DNA from: Phoronis australis
Taxonomy: Eukaryota > Animalia > Phoronida
Direction: 5' to 3'
NCBI GenBank assembly: GCA_002633005.1
Contig: NMRA01000278.1
Span: forward strand, 1-57,304
Length of the DNA stretch: 57,304 nt
This document shows positions 1 through 12,960 of the stretch, piece after piece. The notes beneath the pieces were generated by a model that worked only from the letters and a program-made list of their open reading frames with translations, had not been told where the DNA came from and ran no database searches. How positions within the stretch are numbered: position 1 is the stretch's first letter; each line of letters begins with the position of its first letter. The translations under genes were made by a program, and so were the position numbers.

Positions 1-2820
1 ACATTATGAGAGGACATCAGATCAGAGCGCGCGCAAGTTGGGTTGAAAATGGCGAAAAACCTTCAAAATATTTTGCAAATTTGGAAAAAAGAAATTATGT
101 TAATAAAAATGTTACTTAATTAGTTATAGACACTCACAACAATACTACAATCACCGAGCAAAGTGCACTTCTACATAACATTTGCGATTTTTATAAATCT
201 CTCTATGCATGTAAAGATGAGCTCCTTGATGACGTTAATTTGAACGCTCTGTTCCCACCGTCACTACATGTTCCACGATTAACCAATGACGATAGTAAGC
301 GTTTAGACGGCGAGATCACAGTGTCCGAAGCACTTAGTGTGGTCAAATTGAAGAAAAACGATAAATCCCCTGGCCCTGATGGTTTTAGTGTGGAATTCTT
401 TAATTTTTTTGGAATAATTTATCAGTATTTTTGGTTAATTCATTTAATAACAGTTTTGCTCGTGGTTCCATGCCCCCAAGTCAAATTCAGGGCATGATCA
501 CTATTATTCCAAAAGGTAAAAGCCGCGTGAATTCTTGAGCAATTGGCGCCCCACTTCTCTCTTAAACACAAGTTATAAAGTTTTATTGGGTTGTATTGCA
601 CATCGTACTAAAAGCGTCATTACCAAAATCATTCATGAAAATCAGAAAGGCTTTATAAAGGGGAGGTTTATTGGTAAAATATTGGAACCATCTACGACAT
701 TTTAAATTGCTCAGAAGAATATGACATACCCGGTCTGATAGTTCAAATTGACTTTGAGAAAGCCTTCGATTCCATTTCCTGGAAAATGATCTACAAAACC
801 CTATCTTTTTTTCAACTTTGGTAAAAACCTCATTGATTGGGTGCGCTTACTAAAGTCAAACGCTACACTTTGTGTGATCCAGCACAGCATAACCTCAGAA
901 TACTTCAAAATTGGTGGCGGATCTAAACAAGGTGATCCTGTGTCCCCCTATCTTTACATCATTTGTGTTGAAATAATGGCCATCATGTTTCGTGAAAATA
1001 AAAATATAAAAGGCATTGGCATTCCAGATGTCAACGACCTTAAGCTTCTGCAATATGCAGATGACACGGTTTTGTTTTTAGGTGGTACAACAGAATCCTT
1101 AAAATACTTGCTTGATCTCCTGGACCAATTTCACCTAATGCTCTGGTCTGAGACCAAATGTAGAAAAATCTCATTGTATTTGGATAGGTCGGATGAGGGG
1201 AAGTGAATTGCGCTTGTGTCCAGAATTAAATTTATCATGGCAAAAACAAAAATTCTCAATTCTGGGAGTCACATTTAGCACAAGTTTATCAGAAATTCCA
1301 GACTTAAATTACAATGTCAAAATACAAAAGATTTGCAGATTTGACTTGTTGGTCCAGGAGATCGCTCACTACGCTAGGAAAAATAACCGTAGTTAAAACG
1401 TTTGTTTTGCCTAAATTAACGCACCTCCTGTTGTCATTACCTTCTCCATCACACAAAGTTGTTGACTCTTTAGAAAAACATTTTTTTTAATTTGTTTGGC
1501 AAAACAAAAATGACAGGATAGCTAGAAATATTATGATCCAAGATTTTTCCGACGGAGCCTGTAAAATGGTCCATTTAAAAAGTTATATGAAGTCGTTAAA
1601 ATTTACATGGTTCGTGGGACTTGTGATGGCCAATCAATCTTCCTGGAAATTGATTGTTATGAAAAACCGCTTTTTTGCTGGAAAAAACCTTCTTCATGTT
1701 GGGGCCAAATTTTATAGTCAATGCCCGGGAATTTTTAAGAATGTCTTTTGGAAAGAAGTATTTTTAGTTGTTGGGGAAGTACTCTCTAATATCTCAGATT
1801 ATCACATTACAGAGGAATTTTATTACGAACCATTCTGGTATAATGAACATACTTTTATTGATAAAAAGTCTGTTTTCTACAATGACTGGTATAATTTTTA
1901 TCCACGATGTGTTGAACCATAGTGGTTATTTTATGCCTTACCAGTGTTTTTGTGAAAGATAAAGGTTTTTTCCATCATTCACATCTTTTTGGGGTATTCG
2001 AAGTGCAATTCGTCAAACTATTGGTTATTCTCAAATTAGGCCATGTAGTGAAATTGAGGTAATCTTGCCTATTTGCACAACATTAAATTCCATTCTTATA
2101 TCTAGACAAAAAGTCAATAAACAAATTTATACCCACTTAATACAAAAAAACTATATAAAAAACCCAAATTTGAGGAAAATTGGGAAAAACAGTTGAATAC
2201 CGTAATTCCCCGTGAGTGGTGGAGAAAAACTTATTCTTATTCTATTAACTTTTCTTGTGATGTGCAGCTTAAATGGTTTCAAATACGTTTAACTCACAGA
2301 CTCCTCGGAACCAATAAGTTTTTGAGTAAGACTGGTGTTAGAAATTCAGATAGTTGTAATTTTGTAATTCTCATTCTGAAGACCTTTTTCACTTGTATTG
2401 GTCTTGTTTAGGTGTCCAAAGCTTTTGGAAAACTGTTGAAAACTGGATAAAAAACCTCTGCGGAATTGATATGAAACTCGATCATTTTGACGTAATTTTT
2501 TGCTCCTTTAATGGACCAAAAATCATAAAAATACTTTTATGTTTAGGCAAGTACCACATACACAAGCAAAGACTTCAGAATGTAGAACCATGTTCTGCAC
2601 TTTTTTTGGTTTTGATTACTACAAAGTAGAAAAGGTTATGTACTATAACCAGTGCAGGTATCTCGACTTCGAGGAACGATGGGCCCCTATAGCACCTTTA
2701 TTTTAATTTATACTACATACAACCAATGTCCACCTGTGTATGAATGTGAGCGTGACTGTGCGCGTGAATGTTTATACTATTTGGCTTTATTGTATTTGCA
2801 TTACGACAACAATGAAAATA
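1..2820 (+). mobile_element. Decayed Tx1/L1-clade LINE, ORF2 (reverse transcriptase to C-terminal Cys/His region) plus 3' UTR; truncated at window start
   Basis: Frameshifted translation gives ordered ORF2 motifs: WVENGEKPSKYFANLEK, KSPGPDGF, NWRPTSLLNTSYK, QKGFIKGRFIG, IDFEKAFDSISW, GSKQGDPVSPYLY, LQYADDT, WSRRSLTTLGKITVVKTFVLPKL, and CNFC...HLYWSC. Many frameshifts and stops. Confidence 0.95.
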
Positions 2821-2900
2821 TTTGACACTCTTTGAAATTTTTTCAATTCGAAATTTAGATGTTTACTGAAGTAATGTATTTTTATTGACACATCTTGCAG

Positions 2901-3285
2901 GCGCACCTAAGGCAACTGTCAGAAAAACCGAAGTAGTTGAAGAAAGAGTATGTTGTCAAGAGGTCGACAAGGTTATTGCAACGCGACAACTTACATAGAA
3001 GAAAAAAATATTGTGGAGAATGGGGGTTTTAAACATGTATACATCGATCATGATATTTTGGAGACTGCATGCTGCAATACAAAAGTCAATATCCTGACGG
3101 CTATGACAGACCCTTGGATAAAAGGATGCGACACGTGGCCTACAGACAGTTCCAAAGTTGGGTAAACAGTCACTTAGGACAACTGTCGTGTTGTCATCAC
3201 AGCATGCGCACTAGCCTGCATCATAGCTTTCTTCTCTTTACCAGGAAATGAGGAGGACTTTGAGGTCCATGGATTTTTTTAATAG
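2901..3285 (+). pseudogene. Decayed KolX / P2X7 ballast (nanor-like) Cys-rich exon, probably a Kolobok transposon accessory gene
   Basis: Follows acceptor ...catcttgcag. Across frameshifts it reads CT*GNCQK..EERVCCQEVDKVI...IVENGGFKHVYID..ILETA.MLQY...RMRHVAYRQFQSWVNSHLG..RVVITACALACI...F, matching the CxCGxC...CC...RHxAYRQFxxWxxGxLG..R..IPSC consensus. Confidence 0.8.
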
Positions 3286-3439
3286 TTTCATCCATTTATA
3301 GATATCAAGAGTTGTCTTAACCCTGGAATGCTAATTCCTTCACGTGACCTATGTATTCTATTATTAAAACTTGTGACTCAGGGACTAGCCTTAAGGCCTA
3401 TATAATTTGGATGAGTTGCAAAAGGTGTAGTGACAAATT

Positions 3440-3540
3440 CCATAGAAAGATCAAACATCGAAACAAACGAATGCAATCGCAGCGCAACCTCAGCGGCTTC
3501 AAATTTAAGTTGGCATTCCTGGAATAGACTTCTGTGGTTT
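3440..3540. mobile_element. Short MITE-like element with CCATAGAA...TTCTGTGG ends; related copy at about 33785-33880
   Basis: Shared sequence acaaacgaatg...cgcagcgcaacctc...tgg(c/t)attcc(t/a)gg..tagayttctrtgg occurs at both 3463-3540 and 33788-33880. Confidence 0.5.
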
Positions 3541-5689
3541 CAGATGGGTGAATAATTGACACAGCGAGCAGCATTCATTGATGCTCATCAATCTGGTTAC
3601 TTATGGTAACATGGTCTTGACAAGCGTAGTTTAACTACGACTACATTATAAACCTCGAAACTCAACATCAGTTAAATTATGGTTTACCTAGGTAAATGGA
3701 GGAATTGGCCTACCTCATTGGATTCCAGTTTGTGTGCTTGAAGCGAACACATTGAACAGTAAGGCTGTTACATAAAAATTAAGTTTTGAATCTGGGCCAA
3801 TGTCTGAGGTCGAGACTGAATCTCCTGCCCTCTCATTATGCAGTGGAACTCTCTGAATAGGTAGTGTTTCAGTGGGAAATTTAAAAAGGCTAGCATTAAT
3901 TCGGCAGTAACGCTTCCAAATAAATCTGACATTGATGAAATGTCTCAATGAGATATAAACTGCCACGACACAGCAACCACTGAATCTCAACCCAGAAGCT
4001 CCAGTATGCAATAGCTTTAGATGTTTATAACACGGTACGAAAACACAAAAACTACGCAATGTGTAGGAAGTGGAAATCTAGAGGGAGTGCTAATACCACT
4101 CACTCAAAAATTCCAAGTAAAATGTTCGAATTCTGAGCCAATGATAATTCTGTTTAAAATTTGGATGATACTGTCGAGCAAAAAGGCAGGCGACCGTAAC
4201 AGTTACCTTTTCACCCCCACTTAAGAAAGTCTTCCTATACAGATCCACTCTTTGGGACAGCAACAGTTTCGTGCAAATCAAATATACCTATGCCACAATA
4301 TTTATAGTCATTGAAGAAACATTGAAAAATTTCCACGGGCGGATATCGGATTCTGAGTGGGGTGCCAGGGCACAGTATTATAGCCAGGTGTCTTCAACCT
4401 ACCTAAATGGGGGTGATGTGTCTTCAGGTTGGTGGCAATTGTTTTCATGAAAAACTGAAATATTTGTTCATGATGTACTTTATAATGTAACCCAATATAC
4501 ACGAACATAAGACAAAATGCCACAGAGCTTACTAACAACGTTTTTAACCAATAAGAAAATAACAGTTTCTTATAATTCGATAAGTTCAATGGTTCTATTA
4601 GCATAGACATAAGCATAAACATGAGAAAACTACGTTCATTTTTTTTTTCTTTTTGACCGATCAAAGCCTAATACGGAACTTGCAGATTTTAATTGAATAA
4701 TATGGCTTGTATTCGCCCAAAGACAAGTAAACCTAGTAGTGAACAACCCGTACGTGTAATGCAAGAGCGTTATGTTCTCTCAGTGTAACACACTTGAGCA
4801 GCGTAACCTTCAAAATGTACATGTAAGTTCAGTTATGACCACACGTCAAAGGAAGTTTGCAATCACACCTAGAGACGTGCAAGCTTACGACACTGAGAAA
4901 CATAGTTACGCTCTATACTGAAAGCTGTACCTGTGGTTTTTTTGTACAAGGATAAAACTCGACCGAGGAGGTTCTTAGAGAAAAACATTTGTTCGGGACG
5001 AGGTGGTTCGTAGAGAAAACACGTAATGGGTATGACATATTAAATGCTTCTGGTGTGATAGTATATAGCCATTACATATGACTGGAAAGGGAACCTATTC
5101 GACCTATCAAAATGTGCGTCAAATACAAAACTAACCACTGTCGAAAAAGGTTGGGCTGGGATGTTTGTAAATACAAGTCATGACTTAAAAATAGAGGCCG
5201 CTGGTAGGATTATAGAGTTAAGCTGCTACATACAGGTATGAAAATACAATACCTTATCAGTGTGACCAAATCAATAAACATATAAAACAAGGCCTTACAC
5301 GTCGACTGAAATCTATAGAAAACAAGGAAATGAAACATAAACAAATGTAATGGTCAAAGGTCAATTTCTTGAAAAAGTAAATACAGTAGATGTCTCATGA
5401 ATGCTTTCTCCACCCAGTAATGGATAACTCAATATGCACAGTGTACAAGGAAATTTCTAAACTAATAAACCGCGAAAAACTATAATTGAAACGTTCCAAT
5501 AGTTTCACAACAACTATAATTTAAAAATAGCAACTACAGAAAAAACATCAACATGAAAACTAAGCGGAAATGAACACCAGTACTTTAAATTCCATGCATA
5601 TACACTGTAAATCCCCTTTAGTAGTTAAAAGTATTTAAACACTAATATAAAATGCTACCAATTTCTAAGCCTTGATCGATACAATAATG

Positions 5690-6240
5690 TGAAATTTACA
5701 TTTTAATATGGCGATTTATTTTGAGAATTTAGATCATAACTTAAAAATTATCAAAACCCAAGAACCAGGACATTGACTTTCGTCCACGTCTCCACCGTAA
5801 ATGGCATGTTTCTGGGGGTGTTAAGACCAGTTCAAAATATATTGAATACCACTCGAGGACATAAAAGTTATCGCTCTTTCAAATAAAAATGTTGGCTACA
5901 GTGTTCTCCACAAGAACATCGATGCCAATTTTCATTATTCTCGCAGCGGTTTGGAAAGGTTGACAGCCTGAAGCAATAAAAGACGACACTGAAATGCGTT
6001 TACGTCTCCATTCTAAACGATGTGTTTCTAGTGGTGTTGATCAGAGTTAAAATTGTTGCAAAATAAGTTGTATGGCAGTAGGGCACCATAATCACTAGGT
6101 CCATTTAAAAACAAGTCAACTAGGGTCTTCATCATATGAACATGTCAATTTTCATAGAGATTTTTGGAACGGTTTGGAAGGCAGAGAGACAGATAGAAAG
6201 CTTCCGATGCAAAATTTGCCATAACCAGTTACACTCTCGA
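5690..6240. repeat. Diverged tandem subrepeats of a Helentron/HINE-like element; same type as 7530-8480
   Basis: Recurrent motif atg(c/t)caa(a/t)ttt(c/t)a...gcggtttg(g)a at about 5922 and 6142, and again at 7674, 7840, 8138 and 8301. Confidence 0.5.
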
Positions 6241-6295
6241 TACAAAAAGGATAACAATTTCTAAAATGATCCTGCAAGGGGTTATGGACTGGTAC

Positions 6296-6475
6296 GCCGT
6301 AAAATGTAACAATTTCGTAAAATGTAACAATTGCTGCATTTTATGTCATTGTTATATTTTACGTTGCTGGGCTTCTTCTAAAATGTAACAAGCAGTTATA
6401 TTTTATGAAAGTGTTACAATTTACGTCGAATGCAAAACTAGAAATGAATCATACATGTAGTTACATTTTACGAAA
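6296..6475. repeat. Array of direct and inverted cgtaaaatgtaac / gttacattttacg motifs (MITE-like)
   Basis: aaaatgtaac occurs 3 times, and gttatatttta/gttacatttta-like inverted copies about 4 times, within 180 bp. Confidence 0.7.
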
Positions 6476-7140
6476 GCGACGTCATATTCCATGCGTGGCA
6501 ATTGTCTCAGGGAGGAAAACCGTAGACACACTAAACGCCTTCTATCTCGGATTGTGTGAATGAAATTCTATCAAGTGTGCCAGGCCGACTTTATACCTGT
6601 ATATGTCTCCCTATGTACTTTCCATAGTTTTTTTAACATGAGTAGTTTCGATGGTATGGTAAAATATGTACAGCGCATAGTTTCAAATTCACAGGAAAGG
6701 AGATACCAGGATCGGGTAACACGTTTCTTACCATTAAAGCGTTCTTGTAAATCTTTTGTTGGTGCTCATAAACCAATTGTGTATCCGACATTACAGTAAA
6801 GACATTTCCCTTGGTAAGAAAAACAATTATTTGCCTGCAGGCTGACAGATTTTGAAAAAGCAACAGCAAAATATCACCTTTGAGAAGGGCGAGCAATTAT
6901 CTTAAAAAGTGTCGGCATAGAAACGAAAGAAATATCATTGCTTTTATGATGACAAGCTTGTCTGAAATAGTTGTGGTATCAACATGTCAAACCGTGACGT
7001 GTATAGTATTACGTATAAATGCGATGCCCAGCTGGGGAAATAGAAACTATTTCGCACTCTGAAGGGACATGAACATTTTGCTCAAATCTGGTCTATGGGT
7101 AACAGTCCAAAAAACTGACTGTCTTCCTTTTGGTAAATAA

Positions 7141-7378
7141 AGGAGGCAGTGTGGCCTGGTTGATAAGTGCCCGCTTTCTTTACTCGAGGTCGGGGGTTCA
7201 AATCCCACCAGGTCACGCTGCTAAACCCTTGAGCCAGGTTTCTAGCCCCTCAGCTCGGTTTTAACCATATATCAATAAAGCATATACATATGTTGAGGTG
7301 ATCATTCCATTGGCCCACATGCGAGGCCTGCGCACGTCTGGTACAACGTGTATCAGACCGCCTGCAATTATTTTTTTA
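7141..7378 (+). mobile_element. tRNA-derived SINE, copy 1
   Basis: A-box-like TGGCCTGGTTGA and B-box GGTTCAAATCCC, then a body (ttgagccaggt...cggttttaac...ataaagcata...ggcccaca...ggcctgcgca...cagacc) collinear with the copy at 41097-41326. Confidence 0.85.
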
Positions 7379-7529
7379 ATTCTCGGTAAATAAAAACATG
7401 CAGTTTGTTTTCCCATTATCGTTTAAAATAAAGTGTGAATTAAAAGTGCTTTTTGTCAATGGTTGTTGGTTCGAAGTACACATAAAGAAGGACAGAGTTT
7501 GGTCATTGTATTTGAAAATCCGTTCAGGA

Positions 7530-8480
7530 TCGTTGAAGATAGAGCTAAAATTGAAAAAAACTAAAATTGTTACTAGGGTGCACACTGGTAGTCGGAACCA
7601 TACGACAACCATCGTCATTTGTTGTCGAGCTCGTATAAATACACTTGCTAAATTTAATGAAAATCCTGCTTACATGCCAATTTTCAGAAATATCCTTAGA
7701 GTGGTTTGATTGACAGCGGGGGGATGCCAAAAAACAGATCGGAAAACCGGCAGTAGAAATGGCCACAAAGTGGCTTAAAATGCATTGAATTTAACCGAAA
7801 CCGGATGAGACCGTCTCATCATTAATAGATGCCTATAAGTATGCCAAATTTTATGAAAATCCATTGACGACGGTTTAAAATACAGAGGTAAACGTAAAAA
7901 GCAATAAAATTGCCACTAGGGGCACACCGTTTGTCCGGTCCCTCCGAAATTCTTCGTCCTCTGTTGTCAACTTCATGTAAACACAACAGCAAAATTCAAT
8001 TAACATTCCTGTAGATCGTTTAGGGAGATATAGCCATGAGCGCAAAAACAAACAAAACAGTCACTAGCAGGCGTGATAGTAGTCGAAGTAATCGGCAAAC
8101 CATCGTCAGCTTTCCTCTTCACAGTAAGAACATGTATATGTCAATTTTCAAAATCATCTCTAGAGCGGTTTGGTTGATAGACCGGCGGACACATAAAACA
8201 GGCTCGAAAACAATAAAAATGCTCACTATGTGGCGGAAAATACCTCGAATCTACCCGGAAACAAGAGGATGGCATCATCTAAGTAATAGATGCTTTAAAC
8301 TGCCAAGTTTTACGAAAATCCGTAGAGGATCTCCATAGATACAGAGGTAAGCGAAGGAAATTAAAATTGTCACTAGGGGGCACAAGAGTAAACGGAGGTA
8401 CAAATGTGGTCTTCTTCCGTCATCAGCTTCACAGGAGCACATCTGCCAAATGTCATCAAGAGTAGCATTCATACTTCCAT
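7530..8480. repeat. Diverged tandem subrepeats of a Helentron/HINE-like element
   Basis: Repeated tgccaa(a/g)ttt(t/c)a.gaaaatcc and aaaattg(c/t)cactaggggg motifs; 7800-7990 resembles 8260-8440. Confidence 0.55.
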
Positions 8481-8507
8481 TGCCCAGAACAAGACGGCTG
8501 CACGTGT

Positions 8508-8880
8508 ATGGTATCTTATCTCGTTTGTTACAGCTATTTTCACCTGCCTTGTTTGCGGGTCTATGTCGGAAACATTATTTGCCGAAACAATCATTACCTG
8601 CTCATTTTCAAGACCTGGATTTTCAACTGATGTGTCGAATACATCCAGTTTGTTTTTACCATCATTCTATTGGAACATAGAGTCATCAGAAGCCAGATAG
8701 AATGCGCGGTTTATTGCAGGAGAGATACAGCTCGCAGTTCGGCTTATTGCTAAGAAGACACGGGAGTGTGTTACTTAACTCTGGAAAACTAACACCAGAT
8801 GGAATCACGAGGACAAAGCGTGTACAAGGGTGGTAAAATTAGTGGCTCCATAACAATCGGTAACTTTGAATTAGATATAC
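8508..8880 (+). pseudogene. Pseudogenised paralog of exon 1 (signal peptide + PAN domain) of the downstream gene
   Basis: Reads ..TAIFTCLVCGSMSETLFAETIITCS...SSLFLPSFY/fs/IRSQIECAVYCRRDTARSSAYC*EDTGVCYLTLEN*HQMESRGQSVYKGGKISGSITIGNFELDI. It is collinear with STLFGEKIETCS...GLFSPSYF..TRSDVECALYCRRQAACTSAYYEEDTGVCYFSQESYHDVVSQGRAEKEGRNLRSKIRIDNWKLHL at 19523-19891. Stops at 8751 and 8790, frameshifts, and one Cys>Arg change. Confidence 0.9.
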
Positions 8881-9429
8881 TATTGTTTTATATCAGAAAT
8901 TTTTCGGTTTTCAAACGCACACATTAATTGTTCGAAAACCTTTTACCCAATGCACGTACGTTATTGTCGTGTTCGAGTAAATTTACAAAATTACCAGGCC
9001 AGGGCAGACATTCGCACCCCGAGCTGCCAAATGGAATCTGGGAGAATTTTAGGGGGTGGGGGGCCTGGCCCCCTTGTCCACCCACCCCCCTTAAATCCCT
9101 CACTGCTTACGTAAACTTTATGAAACTGGACCAAAAATGGGCTTTTTGCACACTTGCCGGAGTCAGAGAAATGAGTTGTTGTGTCACGTGACCATCACGA
9201 GGAGGTGCTTATAAAATTAGTTAGCCTCGCATAGAAAGGCGTCAGGGAGTGTTTGAAACGTGGAATTATCGCGGATGAAAAGGCCCTACTAAAAGACAAG
9301 ACTACATTTAGAACTGGCTCCGGGAGAAGCACGCGATGAAATCTCTGCCCTCGGCTTAGATGTATGTTCAAATTTCAAAGTAGCTGGGTAACTTTTTTNC
9401 TCGTTATCGCCTAACGCGCACTTTGAGTA

Positions 9430-9660
9430 GGCTGTGCCAGTACACCGCTTTCCGAAAGATGACACGCTCTGCCGTACAGTACATGGCTCGTCCGTGTAAA
9501 GAACGCAGCGTACAAAGCAGTGGAGAATTACCGAGTGTGTGGCAAGCATTTTCTGAAGATGGATTACGAAAGAGATATGTACTCGGAGTCGGAGAAGGTT
9601 CCTGAAAATCAACCCCTGAAGAAGGGTGCCATACTGTCGATGTTGATCTGCGGCAACGCC
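9430..9660 (+). mobile_element. Decayed THAP domain of a DNA transposon (Kolobok- or P-like)
   Basis: VPVHRFPKDDTLCRT/fs/WLVRVKNAAYKAVENYRVCGKHFLKMDYERD...LKKGAILSM contains the FP..W..VCxxHF..LKxGAVPS-like THAP signature. Confidence 0.8.
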
Positions 9661-10422
9661 CTGTGGCCAACCTCGTGCCGGGAAAGTCGAAAAAAGAAAG
9701 ACTGCGGAAAACGGATAAGAGAGAAAATTCAGTGCATGGTTTATCTTTTGAGGACCCAGGCCAGGACATTGTCGTCAGGGTCTTCGCTTTTGCAGCACAG
9801 GTCGTCTAAACGCACATATATATTTCGAAAAAATTGAGAGAATTTGTAAAGCGAAGTTTTTGCAGAGCGTACTAATTTGCTGGATGTTTAAATTCAATAA
9901 GTCAATTTTGCGAATGCAAAACTATATTTTTCTAGAGGCCCTTCTCAGGCAAGGGATAACGTTGACAAATTTCGCTTCATCATTTTCTCGAAACTGTATA
10001 TAACTTGAGAAAAACTGATGACCTGACAGATAACATCAATTGCCGCGCATTTCCTGATATTTGAAAATACAGATATTTTCATATTGAGGGGCCCCGCTTT
10101 TGAACGAGGCCATTGATGACATTTAAGTGGCTACCTTTTTGTGTTTTTATTAAGAAATTCTTACGGGGCCGCTCACAGTGAAAGGGTCAAGTGTTGGAAT
10201 CGATTACCTCTATTTTCCTTTTTTTGTGTGAAATCGTGCTTTCGTGTTGAAGGAGGTCACTCCCTGCATCGTTTTGGCACCACACGACGGTGGAATGAAC
10301 TGTCACTTTTTTCCAAGCTTAATGATGTTTAGCCTTTTATCTTAAGGTGTCCCACTTCAGAGAGTACCCTCTCTCGTTGGAGCAGTGGGGGGAAATGTCC
10401 CTTTGTCCCACTATATACATGT

Positions 10423-10523
10423 ATATCTGCGCGTGCCGGACAAGTGTACACAGGCATTATATCTGCGCGTGAACGACAGGTGTACACAGGCACTATGTTT
10501 GCGCGTGCACGACAGGTGTACAC
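10423..10523 (+). repeat. Minisatellite, about 3 x 36 bp
   Basis: atatctgcgcgtg..cgacaggtgtacacaggca.t units start at 10423, 10459 and 10495. Confidence 0.9.
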
Positions 10524-11886
10524 AATCAGTTATGGTTGATAAAGTTTATTACAAATGATACTTTAAAATAGATTAATGTCGACTATTTCTAAAAATGGTA
10601 TGACATGTTATAAGATGTTGATAAGAATTAACGAAAGATGTAATATAAGATCTTAGTTTTTTCATCAGCCCTATTAATTTATACGAATTTTTGTCACTGA
10701 CCAAAAACGATCCGTAAATGATGAAGCATTGCTCATTCTAAGTTCAGAAAATATGATTAAAACAGGGAAGAAGATGAACAGTATACACAGTGTCTATTTT
10801 GTTACGTACAAGTTCAATAAGATTGGCGGTAAATATAAAGGGCAAAACTAAGCCTTTGAACTAGCAAGGAGCAATGTATAATGCATACAGAGGTACATGT
10901 ATCAGCAGTCAGGGCACGGACTTCTGTGTACATGTACAGTGTATAGCCCGAGTAGCTAGAATGGAGGGAGATTTGTCTCGTACGGAACATTCTCCGGAGG
11001 GGAGGAGGGGGAAGGGAGGGGCGACACAACAATTCGTGATGATCGGCACTAAAGATTTTAGCATCAGAAATATTACATTCAAGTAAGTCAGGCAAACACA
11101 TTTTAATTAATAATCCACTGGTGCCACCTGCCGCCCCGAAGTGTTGTACCAGAGATTTCCAGTCAAATACCGTCCTAGCCATTCTATTACTGCTCATGAA
11201 TTTCTGTAATTACATCACGTTTCGTCTCTTATATTTGCTAAACGTAAATTGAAACGTCAGAAAGGAAACGAAAACGTCTTTGTGTTAGAACGCTGCATGT
11301 GTTTGGCATTTCTAACAAAGCACTCGCGTAATGGAAGTTTTTTTAAGATTGAGCACGGTTCCAAAAAATTGTAGGTCTTGTTACACCTGACCACAGAATG
11401 ATTCTGTGATTTTAGGACTGAAACTGAACCAAATCTGGCGTGGTGACTCATTGGAAGGTGCAGAACTCGGGGAGAAGGGGGAGGGGGGCAATACAAGCGT
11501 GATATTTTTATTTTGGAGCCATATTTGTCAGATATCAATCAGTGTCACTTACTACCTAAAGAGGCCAGATCATGCGCAATAAACATCACCAGACGCTTTG
11601 CTTCACCTTGGTGTATTTGCTTTCATTTTTTCGACATCGCATTCGCTTTACCAAAGATTCACGCACAAATGCCGCGTAGAGACAAACACCTCTTCACCAC
11701 GTATTCGCATCTTCCCGTTCAAAATTGCTTTATTTTATACAATTTGTCAATATGTTGTTGACTGAAAATATTTGTTTTAGGAACAATGTCAGCGACCAAC
11801 TGATACATGTACATGTTACTAGAGCAGATTTTACCGTCACCGATGCATGGAAACGGAATGCGCTTGGCTAGAATGGGGAGTAGCCT

Positions 11887-12128
11887 CAGTGGCGGATTTA
11901 GGGGATTGCCAAGGAGGCCATGCCCCCGCCCTAAAACTCTACCAGATACCATTTTGGAGTTTGGGTGCGAATTGCTAACTAGCAGACGAATAAACAATGC
12001 ATAAACCTGAACAAACCCCGTATACTGCTGCATCCCCACGCGCTTTAGGCTGGGCGGGCGCGTTTGCCGAAATTTTGGTTTTCCTGTGCCCTGCCACCCC
12101 CTAAATCAAAATCCTGGATACGCCCCTG
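11887..12128. mobile_element. hAT-like MITE with 5-bp target site duplication AGCCT
   Basis: Imperfect TIR CAGTGGCGGATTTAGG / CCTGGATACGCCCCTG; AGCCT at 11882-11886 and 12129-12133. Confidence 0.8.
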
Positions 12129-12774
12129 AGCCTCAATAATGGTCATTCCGTGTTTGATGCCTCTGTCTAGGTTCGTGGAAGTCATAACCATATGATTTCG
12201 AAGTTAGAGCCTTCCAAGTCCGTGGGATTAGTGCATTAAGTTCCGTGTGTTTTGCGTCTTTACTGCAAGGGTTAATACTGTGAAAACAAAATCTCCTGAG
12301 TAAGAGCTCTCCGGTGCAACAATTCATTCACTATCCCATCGTGATAGGAGACCCGTGAGGAATTTTAAAAACGGAAAATGATGCAGTTCGGCGTAACACA
12401 AACAAAAAACAAGTGTGGACGAAGACTGTAAAAACTAGCTGCGTTTACAAAATGAGTACGGCGTTGTATTGACCGGGAAGCAGCCAGTCTAATGCAACGT
12501 GTTAATGTCACGAGCCAAAAGATCAAATGTAAAGAAAACTTTTAACGTTTTGTTATCCAAAACTTGTTGCATTGTCCATAATACAATGTTCAATATTACC
12601 GCTTGTATCCAACCTTCGAATTAGTGGTCGGTGAACACAACCGGTGTGACCTCATATAATGGAAACAGTAAAACTAAGTTAATTTACATGTGTTTGACCC
12701 TGTGCCGAGAAGAATATCAGTATCTGCACGCAAAGCGGTATCAGCCTGACCACCCATTATGCAACTGCTACTCT

Positions 12775-12960
12775 AGCCTAAAACTAGCATCCGACTAGCG
12801 GGTTGGCTGATGGCCGGTCGGCAATTAAGGTCGGCTGTAGAGTCGGCTGGTGGGACGGCTTATGCGTAGCCACTGCGGCCGGCTGCCGGTCGGCTAAAAA
12901 TTAGCCGACCGTTCGACGGCCGGTCGTCGACTTCTAGCAGACCAGTCGGACAAAAATTCC
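12775..12960. repeat. GC-rich cluster of direct and inverted gccgac/gtcggc motifs (transposon-end-like)
   Basis: About 8-10 gtcgg/ccgac motifs in both orientations within 180 bp. Confidence 0.55.

Noticed and set aside
240-2629. Separate small genes in the ORF track
   Set aside because: They are consecutive frameshifted pieces of one LINE ORF2.
5060-5236. Possible exon (AITYDWKGNLFDLSKCAS...SCYIQ|GTATG)
   Set aside because: About 58 open codons and a donor-like site, but a weak acceptor, no recognisable domain and no partner exons.
7141-7220. Functional tRNA gene (also 41097-41180)
   Set aside because: A/B boxes are present but there is no convincing cloverleaf or immediate poly-T terminator, and both continue into a shared 150-bp body, so they are SINEs.
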